A stretch of DNA of 18,670 bases, taken from UHGV virus genome UHGV-1662908. One strand, written 5' to 3'. The stretch comes from a virus. How positions within the stretch are numbered: position 1 is the stretch's first letter; each line of letters begins with the position of its first letter. Under the pieces are notes generated by a model. That model made no database searches. It saw nothing but the letters and a program-made list of their open reading frames with translations, and was not told the DNA's origin. Below are positions 8,981 through 16,178 of the stretch, piece after piece. A program made the position numbers and the translations under genes.

Positions 8981-9656
8981 GATTAGCCTCGTAAACTGCT
9001 TTTGCGAGCCCACGCGGAGTAAGGCTGCGGATTGTTTTTGTTCTGGCGCTCTTTCCGCCGAGTTTAGCCCAACCAGGGTTATCTCCGCTGCCCACGGCAA
9101 CCTCGGCAACGTTAGGCATAACAAACCCATTTCCGGCCCACAGGCACGTCTTTTTAACATATGCATCTCGCGCCGGGATAACATCCGGGAACATTGGATG
9201 CGTGTCGTCTTCGGGTAAATAGCCGCCGTATTCGTACGGATTGAACGCGTAGTCAGGCTTACGCCATAAAGACGAAAGAACGCTAACCGGGTTCTCAATC
9301 ATATACGGTACGTTGTACTTTTTAGCCAGACGCGCAGCCACTTTGCATGTAATCACGGCCTCTACCTGAAACGTTGGGTTCCTTCTCCGCTTCGTTTCGA
9401 AATGGGCCGCGCCGCTAACGGCTAAATCTGTGCATGGGGGGAACGCGAAAATAATATCCGGCGCAACGTCGAAGTCGAATTTATTATCAATCCACGCGTT
9501 TATATAGTGGATATTTTCATGTTCAACTTTTGCACCCAATCGAGCGTAGTCTCCGTGGTCGGCGCCGTCGTAGTTGAAACAATAGCAAGTATGGCCCGCT
9601 TCCGCCCACGGTTGGGCCATAATGCCCGAACCGTCAAACAATGACCAGACAATCAT
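8973..9656 (-). CDS. SAM-dependent DNA (cytosine-5)-methyltransferase-like protein (227 aa, short)
   Basis: ORF track 8973..9656. Motif I-like SLFDGSG (FxGxG), motif IV-like FPPC with candidate catalytic Cys, motif VI-like IENP. Shorter than typical C5-MTases, so the target-recognition region may be minimal or the function different. Confidence 0.5.
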   Translation of the reverse strand: MIVWSLFDGSGIMAQPWAEAGHTCYCFNYDGADHGDYARLGAKVEHENIHYINAWIDNKFDFDVAPDIIFAFPPCTDLAVSGAAHFETKRRRNPTFQVEAVITCKVAARLAKKYNVPYMIENPVSVLSSLWRKPDYAFNPYEYGGYLPEDDTHPMFPDVIPARDAYVKKTCLWAGNGFVMPNVAEVAVGSGDNPGWAKLGGKSARTKTIRSLTPRGLAKAVYEANHV

Positions 9657-9844
9657 TTCAGCACCAGCACAAGCTCTTTACGCCCGAACGCCGTAACGTT
9701 ACCCGTTACATCTTCGATAACCAGTTTACCGTTCGACTCGACGAACACAGTATCGACGGCAACAGGCCGACGGGTCTTAACGTTGAAAATCATGTCGCCC
9801 GGTACGATGTCACGTGCTGGTTTGCGGTCATATTCGTGTTTCAT
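9653..9844 (-). CDS. hypothetical protein (63 aa)
   Basis: ORF track 9653..9844; first gene downstream of promoter A, with AAGGA RBS about 9 nt upstream of the ATG; stop overlaps the start of the methyltransferase-like gene. Confidence 0.45.
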   Translation of the reverse strand: MKHEYDRKPARDIVPGDMIFNVKTRRPVAVDTVFVESNGKLVIEDVTGNVTAFGRKELVLVLK

Positions 9845-9874
9845 TTCTCAATTCCTTATATTGTTGGTGTGTGA

Positions 9875-10159
9875 TTAACTATAATAGTTCGCTATTAGGT
9901 CGTCAACCTGTTTGAACGAGCCAACGACAAAAACATTTGCACCACGTTTACACATCCGCGCATGCTCGCGTAACTGGTGTGGGTCTGGCTTCGTGTTTTC
10001 GTCTTTCTTAACCTCGACGAACCAGATGATGCCGCCGGGGAGAATTACCAGCAGGTCGGGAGCGCCGGAGCGCCCCTCGTAGGAAAGTTTACGAACGAGG
10101 CCACCGAGGGCCTCGAATCGTTCTTTTGCGTATTTCTGAATCTTGCCCTCCGGGGTCAT
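9875..10159 (-). CDS. VRR-NUC domain nuclease (PD-(D/E)xK fold)
   Basis: ORF track 9875..10174 starts at a TTG; the in-frame ATG (MTPEGKIQ...) at 10159 overlaps the upstream small ORF stop (ATGA). Motif GAPDLLVILPGGIIWFVEVKK matches the VRR-NUC D..(E)VK signature. Confidence 0.65.
   Translation of the reverse strand: MTPEGKIQKYAKERFEALGGLVRKLSYEGRSGAPDLLVILPGGIIWFVEVKKDENTKPDPHQLREHARMCKRGANVFVVGSFKQVDDLIANYYS
9876..9906 (-). promoter_or_regulatory. sigma70-like promoter A (minus strand): TTGACG - 17 bp - TATAGT
   Basis: Minus-strand reading gttgacgacctaatagcgaactattatagtt; member of a 3-copy family (see 14349 and 17013). About 30-60 nt upstream of the 63-aa gene start. Coordinates approximate. 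Confidence 0.5.
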
Positions 10160-10308
10160 GAGCGCAGAACCCAAGTTATAAACGCCCCGCCTAGAACGGC
10201 AACACCGACAAACTTAAAGAACAGGCCATAACAGAACATCGCAGCTATTCCCGCACCGAGTAACAGTGCGAGCATGGTTACTATCGTCCAAAATACAAAC
10301 ATTGTCAT
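10156..10308 (-). CDS. small hydrophobic membrane peptide (~50 aa)
   Basis: Not in track. My translation MTMFVFWTIVTMLALLLGAGIAAMFCYGLFFKFVGVAVLGGAFITWVLRS; ATGA overlaps at both ends place it exactly in frame between neighbours. Confidence 0.4.
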   Translation of the reverse strand: MTMFVFWTIVTMLALLLGAGIAAMFCYGLFFKFVGVAVLGGAFITWVLRS

Positions 10309-10394
10309 AATACGCACCCCTCTCGTTTTGTATGCTCAATCCCGCAGCGCGGGCAGATTCGACAGTCTTCTTCGTATAACCCGTAAATTTTCAT
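10305..10394 (-). CDS. tiny Cys-rich peptide (~29 aa, CxxCxxC...C)
   Basis: Not in track. My translation MKIYGLYEEDCRICPRCGIEHTKREGCVL; ATGA overlaps with both flanking small ORFs. Confidence 0.3.
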   Translation of the reverse strand: MKIYGLYEEDCRICPRCGIEHTKREGCVL

Positions 10395-10522
10395 TCCAGC
10401 ACCCACAGATAAATTGCGATGAACATACCCAATACGGTGACAATCATGCCGTATTGACCCTCGTGACAGTAGACACCGGCGGCGAATCCCGCCAGTAATA
10501 CGATAATCAGTTTACTTAGCAT
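10391..10522 (-). CDS. small hydrophobic membrane peptide (~43 aa)
   Basis: Not in track. My translation MLSKLIIVLLAGFAAGVYCHEGQYGMIVTVLGMFIAIYLWVLE; its ATG overlaps the last codons of the DNA polymerase gene and its stop overlaps the next ATG. Confidence 0.4.
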   Translation of the reverse strand: MLSKLIIVLLAGFAAGVYCHEGQYGMIVTVLGMFIAIYLWVLE

Positions 10523-13500
10523 AACGTTTCATCTCCGCACCTTCCGCTACAAGCGGGAACCCCTCAGCCCACTCAGGCAGCGAACACATTAATTTTTCCA
10601 GTTCAGCCACCGTGTAATCAGGCGTATCTGGAGTTTCACACACCAGTTCATCGTGTACCGAAAGCACGATGGGATACCCGCCACCCTCAACATTAATCAT
10701 CGCATATGCTAGTAAATCACGGCACAACGCCTGAACAATGTTTTCACAGGCTTTGCCGCCGTGGGTGTACAGGGTAGTCCATTGGCGGGTTAACTGGTTT
10801 TCACCTTGGTACTTGATTCGCACATTCGTGTTTACCCGTCCGTCTTCGTCTGTTTCTTTTGTCACGCTAACGCCGATCCCCGGATACGAGAGGATACGGC
10901 CTGACGGCAACTCCATACACAACCACCAACCGGGAACCTTCCTACCTGATGAATCGGTTTCTACTGTTCTCCAGATTCGGATAGCGCGCTCGCCATTCTT
11001 GCGCAAGTGTGCTCCCGCCCAAAATTCACGACCAGGATTGCGCACAGCGGCTAAAATTCCGTCTTTAAGGTCCCGCCAGAACGCTACTGTTTCCGGGTGT
11101 GACTCGCGCCACATACGCTTGATCGCGTCACATGTGCGCCACACTTTCTTGTCCAGAATATACGATGGTCTGTCGTCCTTTTCACCTGGATGCGGTGGCC
11201 GCTTTGCTTCCTGGATGCGTGCCCACTCGTACCCGCGTGCGGTAGCGGCCCATATGTGGCCCGGGAATGTACCGTCCATTGTTTTTGCCATCTCAATAAG
11301 GTCAAGACCTAAGTTTTTAGCGAACGTAACGAACGCTCCGACGCCTCCCTCGTAGCCGAGGCCAAGCTCGCAGTTATGCGCCACAAGAAAGCCAGAGTCT
11401 GAGGCTATAAGAAAACGGTTGCCGTCTTCCACATCAATCAGGTCGTACACCGGCTCGCAGTAGGTTAATTTCCCGCTCAAGTTCAGCAATGCGGGCAACG
11501 GCTGCATCATACTTTCGTTGAAGCTCGGGTATTTGCCGTCTGTTTCGGCAGTTTTCAGAACGGCTGACAAACCGAATGTTTCCAGGTTCGTAGTTACCGT
11601 CTGTGTCGATTCTATCCATTTCGAGGTTCGGGTCATCCCAGCTTTCCAGAGTTTGAACATATCTAAGAAAAGACCTTTTATCAGTCCTCCACTGGTCGAA
11701 TACCGTGATGCCTCTTGCCCCATAGTTTTTATAACCCTTATCCCTGGGGCTTGTTGTTCGCGTGATAGCCGCGGACAGCCGGTTGAGTAATCGCGTTCTG
11801 TGCGCATCATCCGGCATTGCGTCTTCGTAGCAGAAATACTGTTTACGATATTTTTTTGTTGCTTCAAGGGCGCAGCGGTTGCATTGAGTGGTTTTACCCG
11901 CTCTGACGTTGTCATAATAGACCCGCCCCGGCATCCCCCCGCAATCACATTGGACGAGTAGTTGTCTTTGGCCTTGTCGTTTTGGTAACTCGCGCAGGAT
12001 AACCAAGCGTCCATACCTCTCTCCAGGGCGAGGCCCATCATATATCTGTTTGAAGCGAGTTGCTTTGCCTGCTTCCAGGAATGCGCCAAGATTTTGTGGT
12101 CTTCGGTCATTAGCACCCCGTCCACATTTATTACCGGTTTCCACCCCATAAGGTGCGCGCCTTTTGTATTCACCCATTTTTCACCGCTCCATACTTTATC
12201 TGTTGATGTAACCGCCATAATATCCTTAAATCCGCCATCGGTCAAAACTTGGGTATGACGGTGAAGGCACGCTTTACCAATCTGGCGCAAGTCTTTACGT
12301 TCTTTCTTAATGTCGTCTGGGTCCATGCCAAACATCTTACCTGCGGTTACGCAATAAATATCCAGCCCGGCGCGGAACGTATCTAGCGCGGTTTCTTCGC
12401 CTGCAAGCCACGCAAGCCCTCGGCCCTCAACGTTAGAATAATCGGCAACAACAAACTTATGTCCTGCTTCCGGTATGATGCAGCTACGCACCGTCGATGC
12501 CGTTAATTTAGCGACATCAAAACGGCGGTGCGCGCGGCCCTTAAGTAACGCTGAAATGCCTTTATCCAGTTCATCATCGTGATAGTACCCGCGCGCGAGG
12601 TTCTGCGGTTGGAAGCCTTTACCCGCCCATCGCAGAGTGCGTTTTGCCCCGCCGTACTGCAAGCAACCGCGGCGTCGGTCGTCAGAAGAGCGGCCCAACA
12701 GCAGTGGGTTATATTTCGTTGATGCGGTGGACGCGGCCCCGAGGCGCATTTCTATAATCATGCGAGCATCGTCGGGTAAATCATCGTCTGCCAGCAGGTC
12801 ATTCAGTGTCGACTTCTGTGCGTTATGGATGCGGTGCGCGGGTGCGAGTTCACGCAGAATCGGAAGGAAGTCTTTACCAGTAAGCGAGCCGCCGTATTTT
12901 CGTTGGGCTTCTTCCTGTAACTGTGCCTTGTGCTTCTCCACGGCTTCAATCGCGGCTTCCGCCAGTGCGACGTCAACCTTAAACCCGCGGTCATTGATTA
13001 ACTGGTCCAGCTCCAGTACACGGTCCTCGAACTCGGAGTTACCCCAACGCGGCAGTTTATGGAAGACTTCACGCATCGCGGTGATGTCGCTCACGGCGTA
13101 CTTGATGAACAGCGCCCACTCGTCAGGGTGTGTTTCTGCGGTGTATCGACGGATTTTGTAGTTCTTCGGCGTCGGTTTAGAGAAACGCTGAATCAGCGCC
13201 TTGCCGCGTTTGTCTTTTGCATTGTCCGCCGATACGCCCAGCACTTCGCACAGCGCATCAAGTGACCCAGGCAGCGCGTGACGAAACGCTCGAATCATAG
13301 TGTCGATGGTATTTCTCGGTTTGATATCCACACCCCAGCAGTGCTTCATAACTAGCCTGTCGAACATTAAAAAGTTATGGCCTACAATTCTCATACGCCC
13401 GCGCATAACATTACGTAGCGCAACGCGTAGGCTTATTGGCATTACTGGTTCGGAAGTGCAATCCCATACTTCTACAGGCCCATCATCAACGGCGTATGTA

Positions 13501-13607
13501 CATATTATAATCTCAGTTGTTGCGTGTTCCGCGTATGCGTATGACCCTACTTTCTTTAGGTCAGCTTCAGAGAATGTTTCGGTATCAAGATACAATAAAT
13601 TAGCCAT
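10512..13607 (-). CDS. family A DNA polymerase with N-terminal 3'-5' exonuclease domain, interrupted by an intein (precursor 1031 aa)
   Basis: ORF track 10512..13607. Exo motifs YLDTETFS, GHNFLMFD, YAVSDI; polymerase motif A VVADYSNVEGRG; motif B split as RQIGKA / CELGLGYEGG; motif C VLSVHDELV. Confidence 0.9.
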   Translation of the reverse strand: MANLLYLDTETFSEADLKKVGSYAYAEHATTEIIICTYAVDDGPVEVWDCTSEPVMPISLRVALRNVMRGRMRIVGHNFLMFDRLVMKHCWGVDIKPRNTIDTMIRAFRHALPGSLDALCEVLGVSADNAKDKRGKALIQRFSKPTPKNYKIRRYTAETHPDEWALFIKYAVSDITAMREVFHKLPRWGNSEFEDRVLELDQLINDRGFKVDVALAEAAIEAVEKHKAQLQEEAQRKYGGSLTGKDFLPILRELAPAHRIHNAQKSTLNDLLADDDLPDDARMIIEMRLGAASTASTKYNPLLLGRSSDDRRRGCLQYGGAKRTLRWAGKGFQPQNLARGYYHDDELDKGISALLKGRAHRRFDVAKLTASTVRSCIIPEAGHKFVVADYSNVEGRGLAWLAGEETALDTFRAGLDIYCVTAGKMFGMDPDDIKKERKDLRQIGKACLHRHTQVLTDGGFKDIMAVTSTDKVWSGEKWVNTKGAHLMGWKPVINVDGVLMTEDHKILAHSWKQAKQLASNRYMMGLALERGMDAWLSCASYQNDKAKDNYSSNVIAGGCRGGSIMTTSERVKPLNATAAPLKQQKNIVNSISATKTQCRMMRTERDYSTGCPRLSREQQAPGIRVIKTMGQEASRYSTSGGLIKGLFLDMFKLWKAGMTRTSKWIESTQTVTTNLETFGLSAVLKTAETDGKYPSFNESMMQPLPALLNLSGKLTYCEPVYDLIDVEDGNRFLIASDSGFLVAHNCELGLGYEGGVGAFVTFAKNLGLDLIEMAKTMDGTFPGHIWAATARGYEWARIQEAKRPPHPGEKDDRPSYILDKKVWRTCDAIKRMWRESHPETVAFWRDLKDGILAAVRNPGREFWAGAHLRKNGERAIRIWRTVETDSSGRKVPGWWLCMELPSGRILSYPGIGVSVTKETDEDGRVNTNVRIKYQGENQLTRQWTTLYTHGGKACENIVQALCRDLLAYAMINVEGGGYPIVLSVHDELVCETPDTPDYTVAELEKLMCSLPEWAEGFPLVAEGAEMKRYAK
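11373..12269 (-). mobile_element. intein (299 codons) inserted in motif B of the DNA polymerase
   Basis: Boundaries computed from track coordinates: Cys447 (CLHRHTQVLTDGGF, block A) to Asn745 (VYDLIDVEDGNRFLIASDSGFLVAHN, blocks F/G), followed by +1 Cys; block B TEDHKILA at aa ~501-508. Confidence 0.75.
11434..12177 (-). CDS. HNH homing-endonuclease-like ORF lying inside the intein but in a different reading frame from the polymerase/intein frame
   Basis: ORF track 11434..12177 (247 aa); frame differs from the polymerase ORF ((13607-12177) mod 3 = 2). Contains GRLVIL...CDCGG...QCNRC and GYKNYGARGITVFDQW...MDRIDTDGNYEPGNIRFVSRSENCRNR, typical of phage HNH endonucleases. Recognisable part starts ~aa 50; the first ~50 codons overlap intein blocks A/B. 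Confidence 0.6.
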   Translation of the reverse strand: MGEYKRRAPYGVETGNKCGRGANDRRPQNLGAFLEAGKATRFKQIYDGPRPGERYGRLVILRELPKRQGQRQLLVQCDCGGMPGRVYYDNVRAGKTTQCNRCALEATKKYRKQYFCYEDAMPDDAHRTRLLNRLSAAITRTTSPRDKGYKNYGARGITVFDQWRTDKRSFLRYVQTLESWDDPNLEMDRIDTDGNYEPGNIRFVSRSENCRNRRQIPELQRKYDAAVARIAELEREINLLRAGVRPD

Positions 13608-13623
13608 ATTATTTTCGACCCTT

Positions 13624-13650
13624 AGTAAAAAGGCCCAATGAAGGGCCTTA
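13624..13650 (-). terminator. intergenic stem-loop / partial terminator between ssDNA-binding-like gene and DNA polymerase gene
   Basis: Inverted repeat AAGGCCC ... GGGCCTT with a 6-nt loop, followed on the minus strand by a run of T; sits in the 61-nt gap between the two genes. Coordinates approximate. Confidence 0.5.
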
Positions 13651-13668
13651 GTTAAATTGATTCAGATA

Positions 13669-14295
13669 TTAACGGCGACGACGTTCACGGCGCGGTGCTC
13701 CATCTTCTTCGTCGTCTTCCAGGTCATTAACGCTTGCAGCAACTTTAGAACCGCCGAACGCTTTACCTTCGCCGACGTATTTAATTGCCAGCAGGTTAAC
13801 GCCGAGGACTTTATATTTCTGGCTAAACCAGATTTCAACGCTTACGTTGGCGACACAGCCGCTGTAAACCTGTTCACCTTCAATCTGTTCGCCGTCTACA
13901 TTGAAGTCCTGCTCTACCTGAGTCTCACCTTTTTTAGAGGTTACAATCAGCGGCTGTTTCTGTGCCTTCGCTTTGAAGTAGAATCCTTCCGGGAAGTCTT
14001 CATACGGATTGTCGCGCTCGGCAATGTCTTTAATCGCGCATTTATCCATGTGCTTGCCTTCGCCGTAGTTCGACTTCATCCATTTCTCGGCGGCGGCTGC
14101 ACCTAACGCTTCTTCAACTACAGCGTAAACAGTGTCGTAGAGCGCATCGATTTGAGCATGGTCAGATGGCAGGATAATAGTCGCGCTGTACTGGCCTTTA
14201 GTGATTGAGCCATCATCGTTTTCACGGTCTTTTTCGCGTTCGAATACGTTAACCCATGCAGTGTTTACTTTACGTAGATTTAATTTCAGTCCCAT
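13669..14295 (-). CDS. DUF2815-like phage ssDNA-binding protein with acidic C-terminal tail
   Basis: ORF track 13669..14295. N-terminal pattern (KVNTAWVNVFE...KGQYSATIILPSDHAQID) resembles the DUF2815 family that accompanies DUF2800 nucleases and PolA in phages; acidic tail DLEDDEEDG; first gene after promoter B. Confidence 0.55.
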   Translation of the reverse strand: MGLKLNLRKVNTAWVNVFEREKDRENDDGSITKGQYSATIILPSDHAQIDALYDTVYAVVEEALGAAAAEKWMKSNYGEGKHMDKCAIKDIAERDNPYEDFPEGFYFKAKAQKQPLIVTSKKGETQVEQDFNVDGEQIEGEQVYSGCVANVSVEIWFSQKYKVLGVNLLAIKYVGEGKAFGGSKVAASVNDLEDDEEDGAPRRERRRR

Positions 14296-14348
14296 CTTGA
14301 TTTCTCGCTTTTAAGTTTACTCCGGGAAACTGCCCGGCCAGTGATTAG

Positions 14349-14380
14349 AACTATAATAGCTAACTATTCAGGTGTCAACA
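14349..14380 (-). promoter_or_regulatory. sigma70-like promoter B (minus strand): TTGACA - 17 bp - TATAGT
   Basis: Minus-strand reading gttgacacctgaatagttagctattatagttc; 29 of 31 positions identical to promoter C. About 55-85 nt upstream of the ssDNA-binding-like gene start. Coordinates approximate. Confidence 0.55.
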
Positions 14381-14382
14381 CT

Positions 14383-15684
14383 TTATTCTAAATCTTCTTC
14401 ACTAACCTGATTCCACTCAGGCCGTTTGTCGTCTGCCGTTGCGACGCATGGCGCGCCTGGCTTACGAGTAACTTTCGTTTCCAGTTCGGCCCACATCCTG
14501 GCATACGCGCCTTTTAACACTTTTTCCGCTTCCGTTGGTGACATAACAGATTTCTTTGTTAGCAAATCCATGTCTACGTTATGGCGCGCTGCTAGTTCTT
14601 CGACCCATTTTTCATCACTCCAGCTACGATTACCCGGACGACCTTCAACCAGCTTATACCCCGGCACTTTCTTACCGGAATGCAAAGCGGCGGCCATAGC
14701 TTTCTCAACCTTGTCGATGTGCTGGCGCAACAACGGCAACTTCTCGTACTCAGCTACGAGTTGCTCTGGTGTCAGTTCCAGTGCAAAGTCGTCCTCCAGT
14801 TCTTCTGCCAGTACTGCGTTAACCGTCTTTGTACGCACGGCGCATTGTTCAGAGAACCGACACCACTGGCAGCCATCGACCGACGGCCTGAAGTCCGACG
14901 CTTTCAGGTTCTTCTTGCCGCGGAAATATGCATCAAGCGCCAACAGTGCACGTTTCCGTGCGAACTTAGCGAACAGTTCCAGACCTTCAACCGAGATGTC
15001 CCACTCCGACGCCCCACCAGCGTACGGTTGGAAGATTACCAGACGAACAGTTGTTATGTTATAACGTCTCTTGAGACGGCGATAAACACCGAGAGCGTAA
15101 AGCATAAGCTGTTTGTTTTCTTTCGCTTCGACACGATGTCGTCCTGTTTTCAGGTCGCCAATAATGAGCATGTGCTCGTCGGTGTTTGCCATCTCCTGTA
15201 CGGCAACAAGGTCAGAAGTTCCGAATGTCTGTAGTTCTTCTTGCCGTCCGTTAGGGCTATGAATGTAGCCAGGATGCAATACCTCAGTAAGATTGACGCA
15301 CATTTCCAGCTTGGCGTAAGTAGCCACGTCGATAATAGCTTTGCAGTAATCGGTGTACTTACGCACCTGCTCAATCATGTCAGCCGTAATCAGTACCGCG
15401 CCTTTCATCGGGCTGATTAGCGCCTTAATCTGGCCTTTGCCTTCATCCAGCACGTAAGCGCCAACTTCACGCCCTAACGGCAATGCAGTGCCACGGATAT
15501 AGGCGTTTAGATGGACCTCCGCTATGGTGTGCATGGCTGTGCCTAATACCGCAGCTTTACCGGACGTGTTAGGAATATCTTTCTCACAGGCCAGTGATGC
15601 AGCACAGCTTAGCCACTTTTTAGCGCCTGACGGTGACAGTAAGGCGTGCACATCGTTATTGCCGCCACGTTCTTTAAGAATCAT
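14383..15684 (-). CDS. PD-(D/E)xK nuclease of the DUF2800 / Cas4-RecB-like type (433 aa)
   Basis: ORF track 14383..15684. N-terminal HALLSPSGAKKWLSCAAS; IIGDLKTG...QLMLYALG matches a D..K...Q..Y nuclease motif; one N-terminal Cys plus a C-terminal CQWCRFSEQC cluster is consistent with a Cas4-like Fe-S site. Confidence 0.6.
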   Translation of the reverse strand: MILKERGGNNDVHALLSPSGAKKWLSCAASLACEKDIPNTSGKAAVLGTAMHTIAEVHLNAYIRGTALPLGREVGAYVLDEGKGQIKALISPMKGAVLITADMIEQVRKYTDYCKAIIDVATYAKLEMCVNLTEVLHPGYIHSPNGRQEELQTFGTSDLVAVQEMANTDEHMLIIGDLKTGRHRVEAKENKQLMLYALGVYRRLKRRYNITTVRLVIFQPYAGGASEWDISVEGLELFAKFARKRALLALDAYFRGKKNLKASDFRPSVDGCQWCRFSEQCAVRTKTVNAVLAEELEDDFALELTPEQLVAEYEKLPLLRQHIDKVEKAMAAALHSGKKVPGYKLVEGRPGNRSWSDEKWVEELAARHNVDMDLLTKKSVMSPTEAEKVLKGAYARMWAELETKVTRKPGAPCVATADDKRPEWNQVSEEDLE

Positions 15685-16178
15685 TTCTCAGCTCCGTTAA
15701 CTGTAAACCCATATTTAATCTCGGCTTGCCTACGAGCCTTAGCCGCGTTCTCTAACTTATCGTAAGCCCCTAAATAAATCGGCCTGCCGTCTACATAAAT
15801 TCTAGCGACCCACTTACCGTAGCGTTTATGAAACCCAACACCTTTAACCCCTGAAGTATTGTCGGTCCGTATGTTTGTGCCGTGTGCGATACTTCCCCGA
15901 CGCATTTTTATAAGATTTTCTATTCTGTTATCAGTTCTATCTTTATTTTTATGACGAATTACTTCCCCGGGCGCTATCACCCCGTTAAACATCTCCCAAA
16001 CTACGTGGTGGATAAGTTTAGTAGTCCCGTTAAAACGTAGTATTTTAAATTCACTCCCGTCGTTGTCCTCCCTCGTACTGCCAGCTTCTTGCCCTATTTT
16101 TACAGATTTTGACGGACTTATTTTCCAAAATAATTTACCGGTATCAGGGTCGTAGTCAAAAACTTCATGCCAGTTCAT
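15681..16178 (-). CDS. free-standing HNH homing endonuclease with C-terminal AP2-like DNA-binding domain
   Basis: ORF track 15681..16193; likely start is the ATG (MNWHEV) at 16178, overlapping the upstream stop (ATGA). HNH motif HHVVWEMFNG...IRHKNKDRTDNRIENL; AP2-like SGVKGVGFHKRYGKWVARIYVDGRPIYLGAYDKLENAAKARRQAEIKYG. Confidence 0.7.
   Translation of the reverse strand: MNWHEVFDYDPDTGKLFWKISPSKSVKIGQEAGSTREDNDGSEFKILRFNGTTKLIHHVVWEMFNGVIAPGEVIRHKNKDRTDNRIENLIKMRRGSIAHGTNIRTDNTSGVKGVGFHKRYGKWVARIYVDGRPIYLGAYDKLENAAKARRQAEIKYGFTVNGAEK

Noticed and set aside
8981-9298. N-terminal ~106 codons of the 580-aa helicase ORF in the track
   Set aside because: This stretch overlaps the methyltransferase-like gene in another frame and translates to low-complexity, non-protein-like sequence; the helicase motifs begin after the internal ATG at 8980, which immediately follows the upstream gene's stop.
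9876-9906. Plus-strand reading of the repeated promoter element, which contains a perfect TATAAT
   Set aside because: No acceptable -35 at 16-18 bp upstream on the + strand in any of the three copies, whereas the minus-strand reading gives TTGAC(A/G) at exactly 17 bp from TATAGT and the downstream genes are on the minus strand. Weak antisense initiation cannot be excluded.
12021-12084. Programmed ribosomal frameshifting to join the intein splicing domain to the HNH frame
   Set aside because: I did not see a slippery heptamer (X XXY YYZ) or an obvious downstream stimulatory structure in the junction region, and two opposite shifts would be needed. Sequence inspection alone cannot fully exclude it.
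10738-13641. Plus-strand ORFs (205, 90, 174, 63, 68 and 113 aa) lying antisense to the DNA polymerase gene
   Set aside because: They lie entirely within a long, motif-rich minus-strand gene, have no recognisable motifs, and are best explained as shadow ORFs.
13657-15234. Plus-strand ORFs (149, 212, 184 aa) antisense to the ssDNA-binding-like and nuclease genes
   Set aside because: Antisense shadow ORFs with Ser/Ala/Cys-rich low-complexity translations; the minus-strand genes carry the recognisable motifs and the coupling signals.
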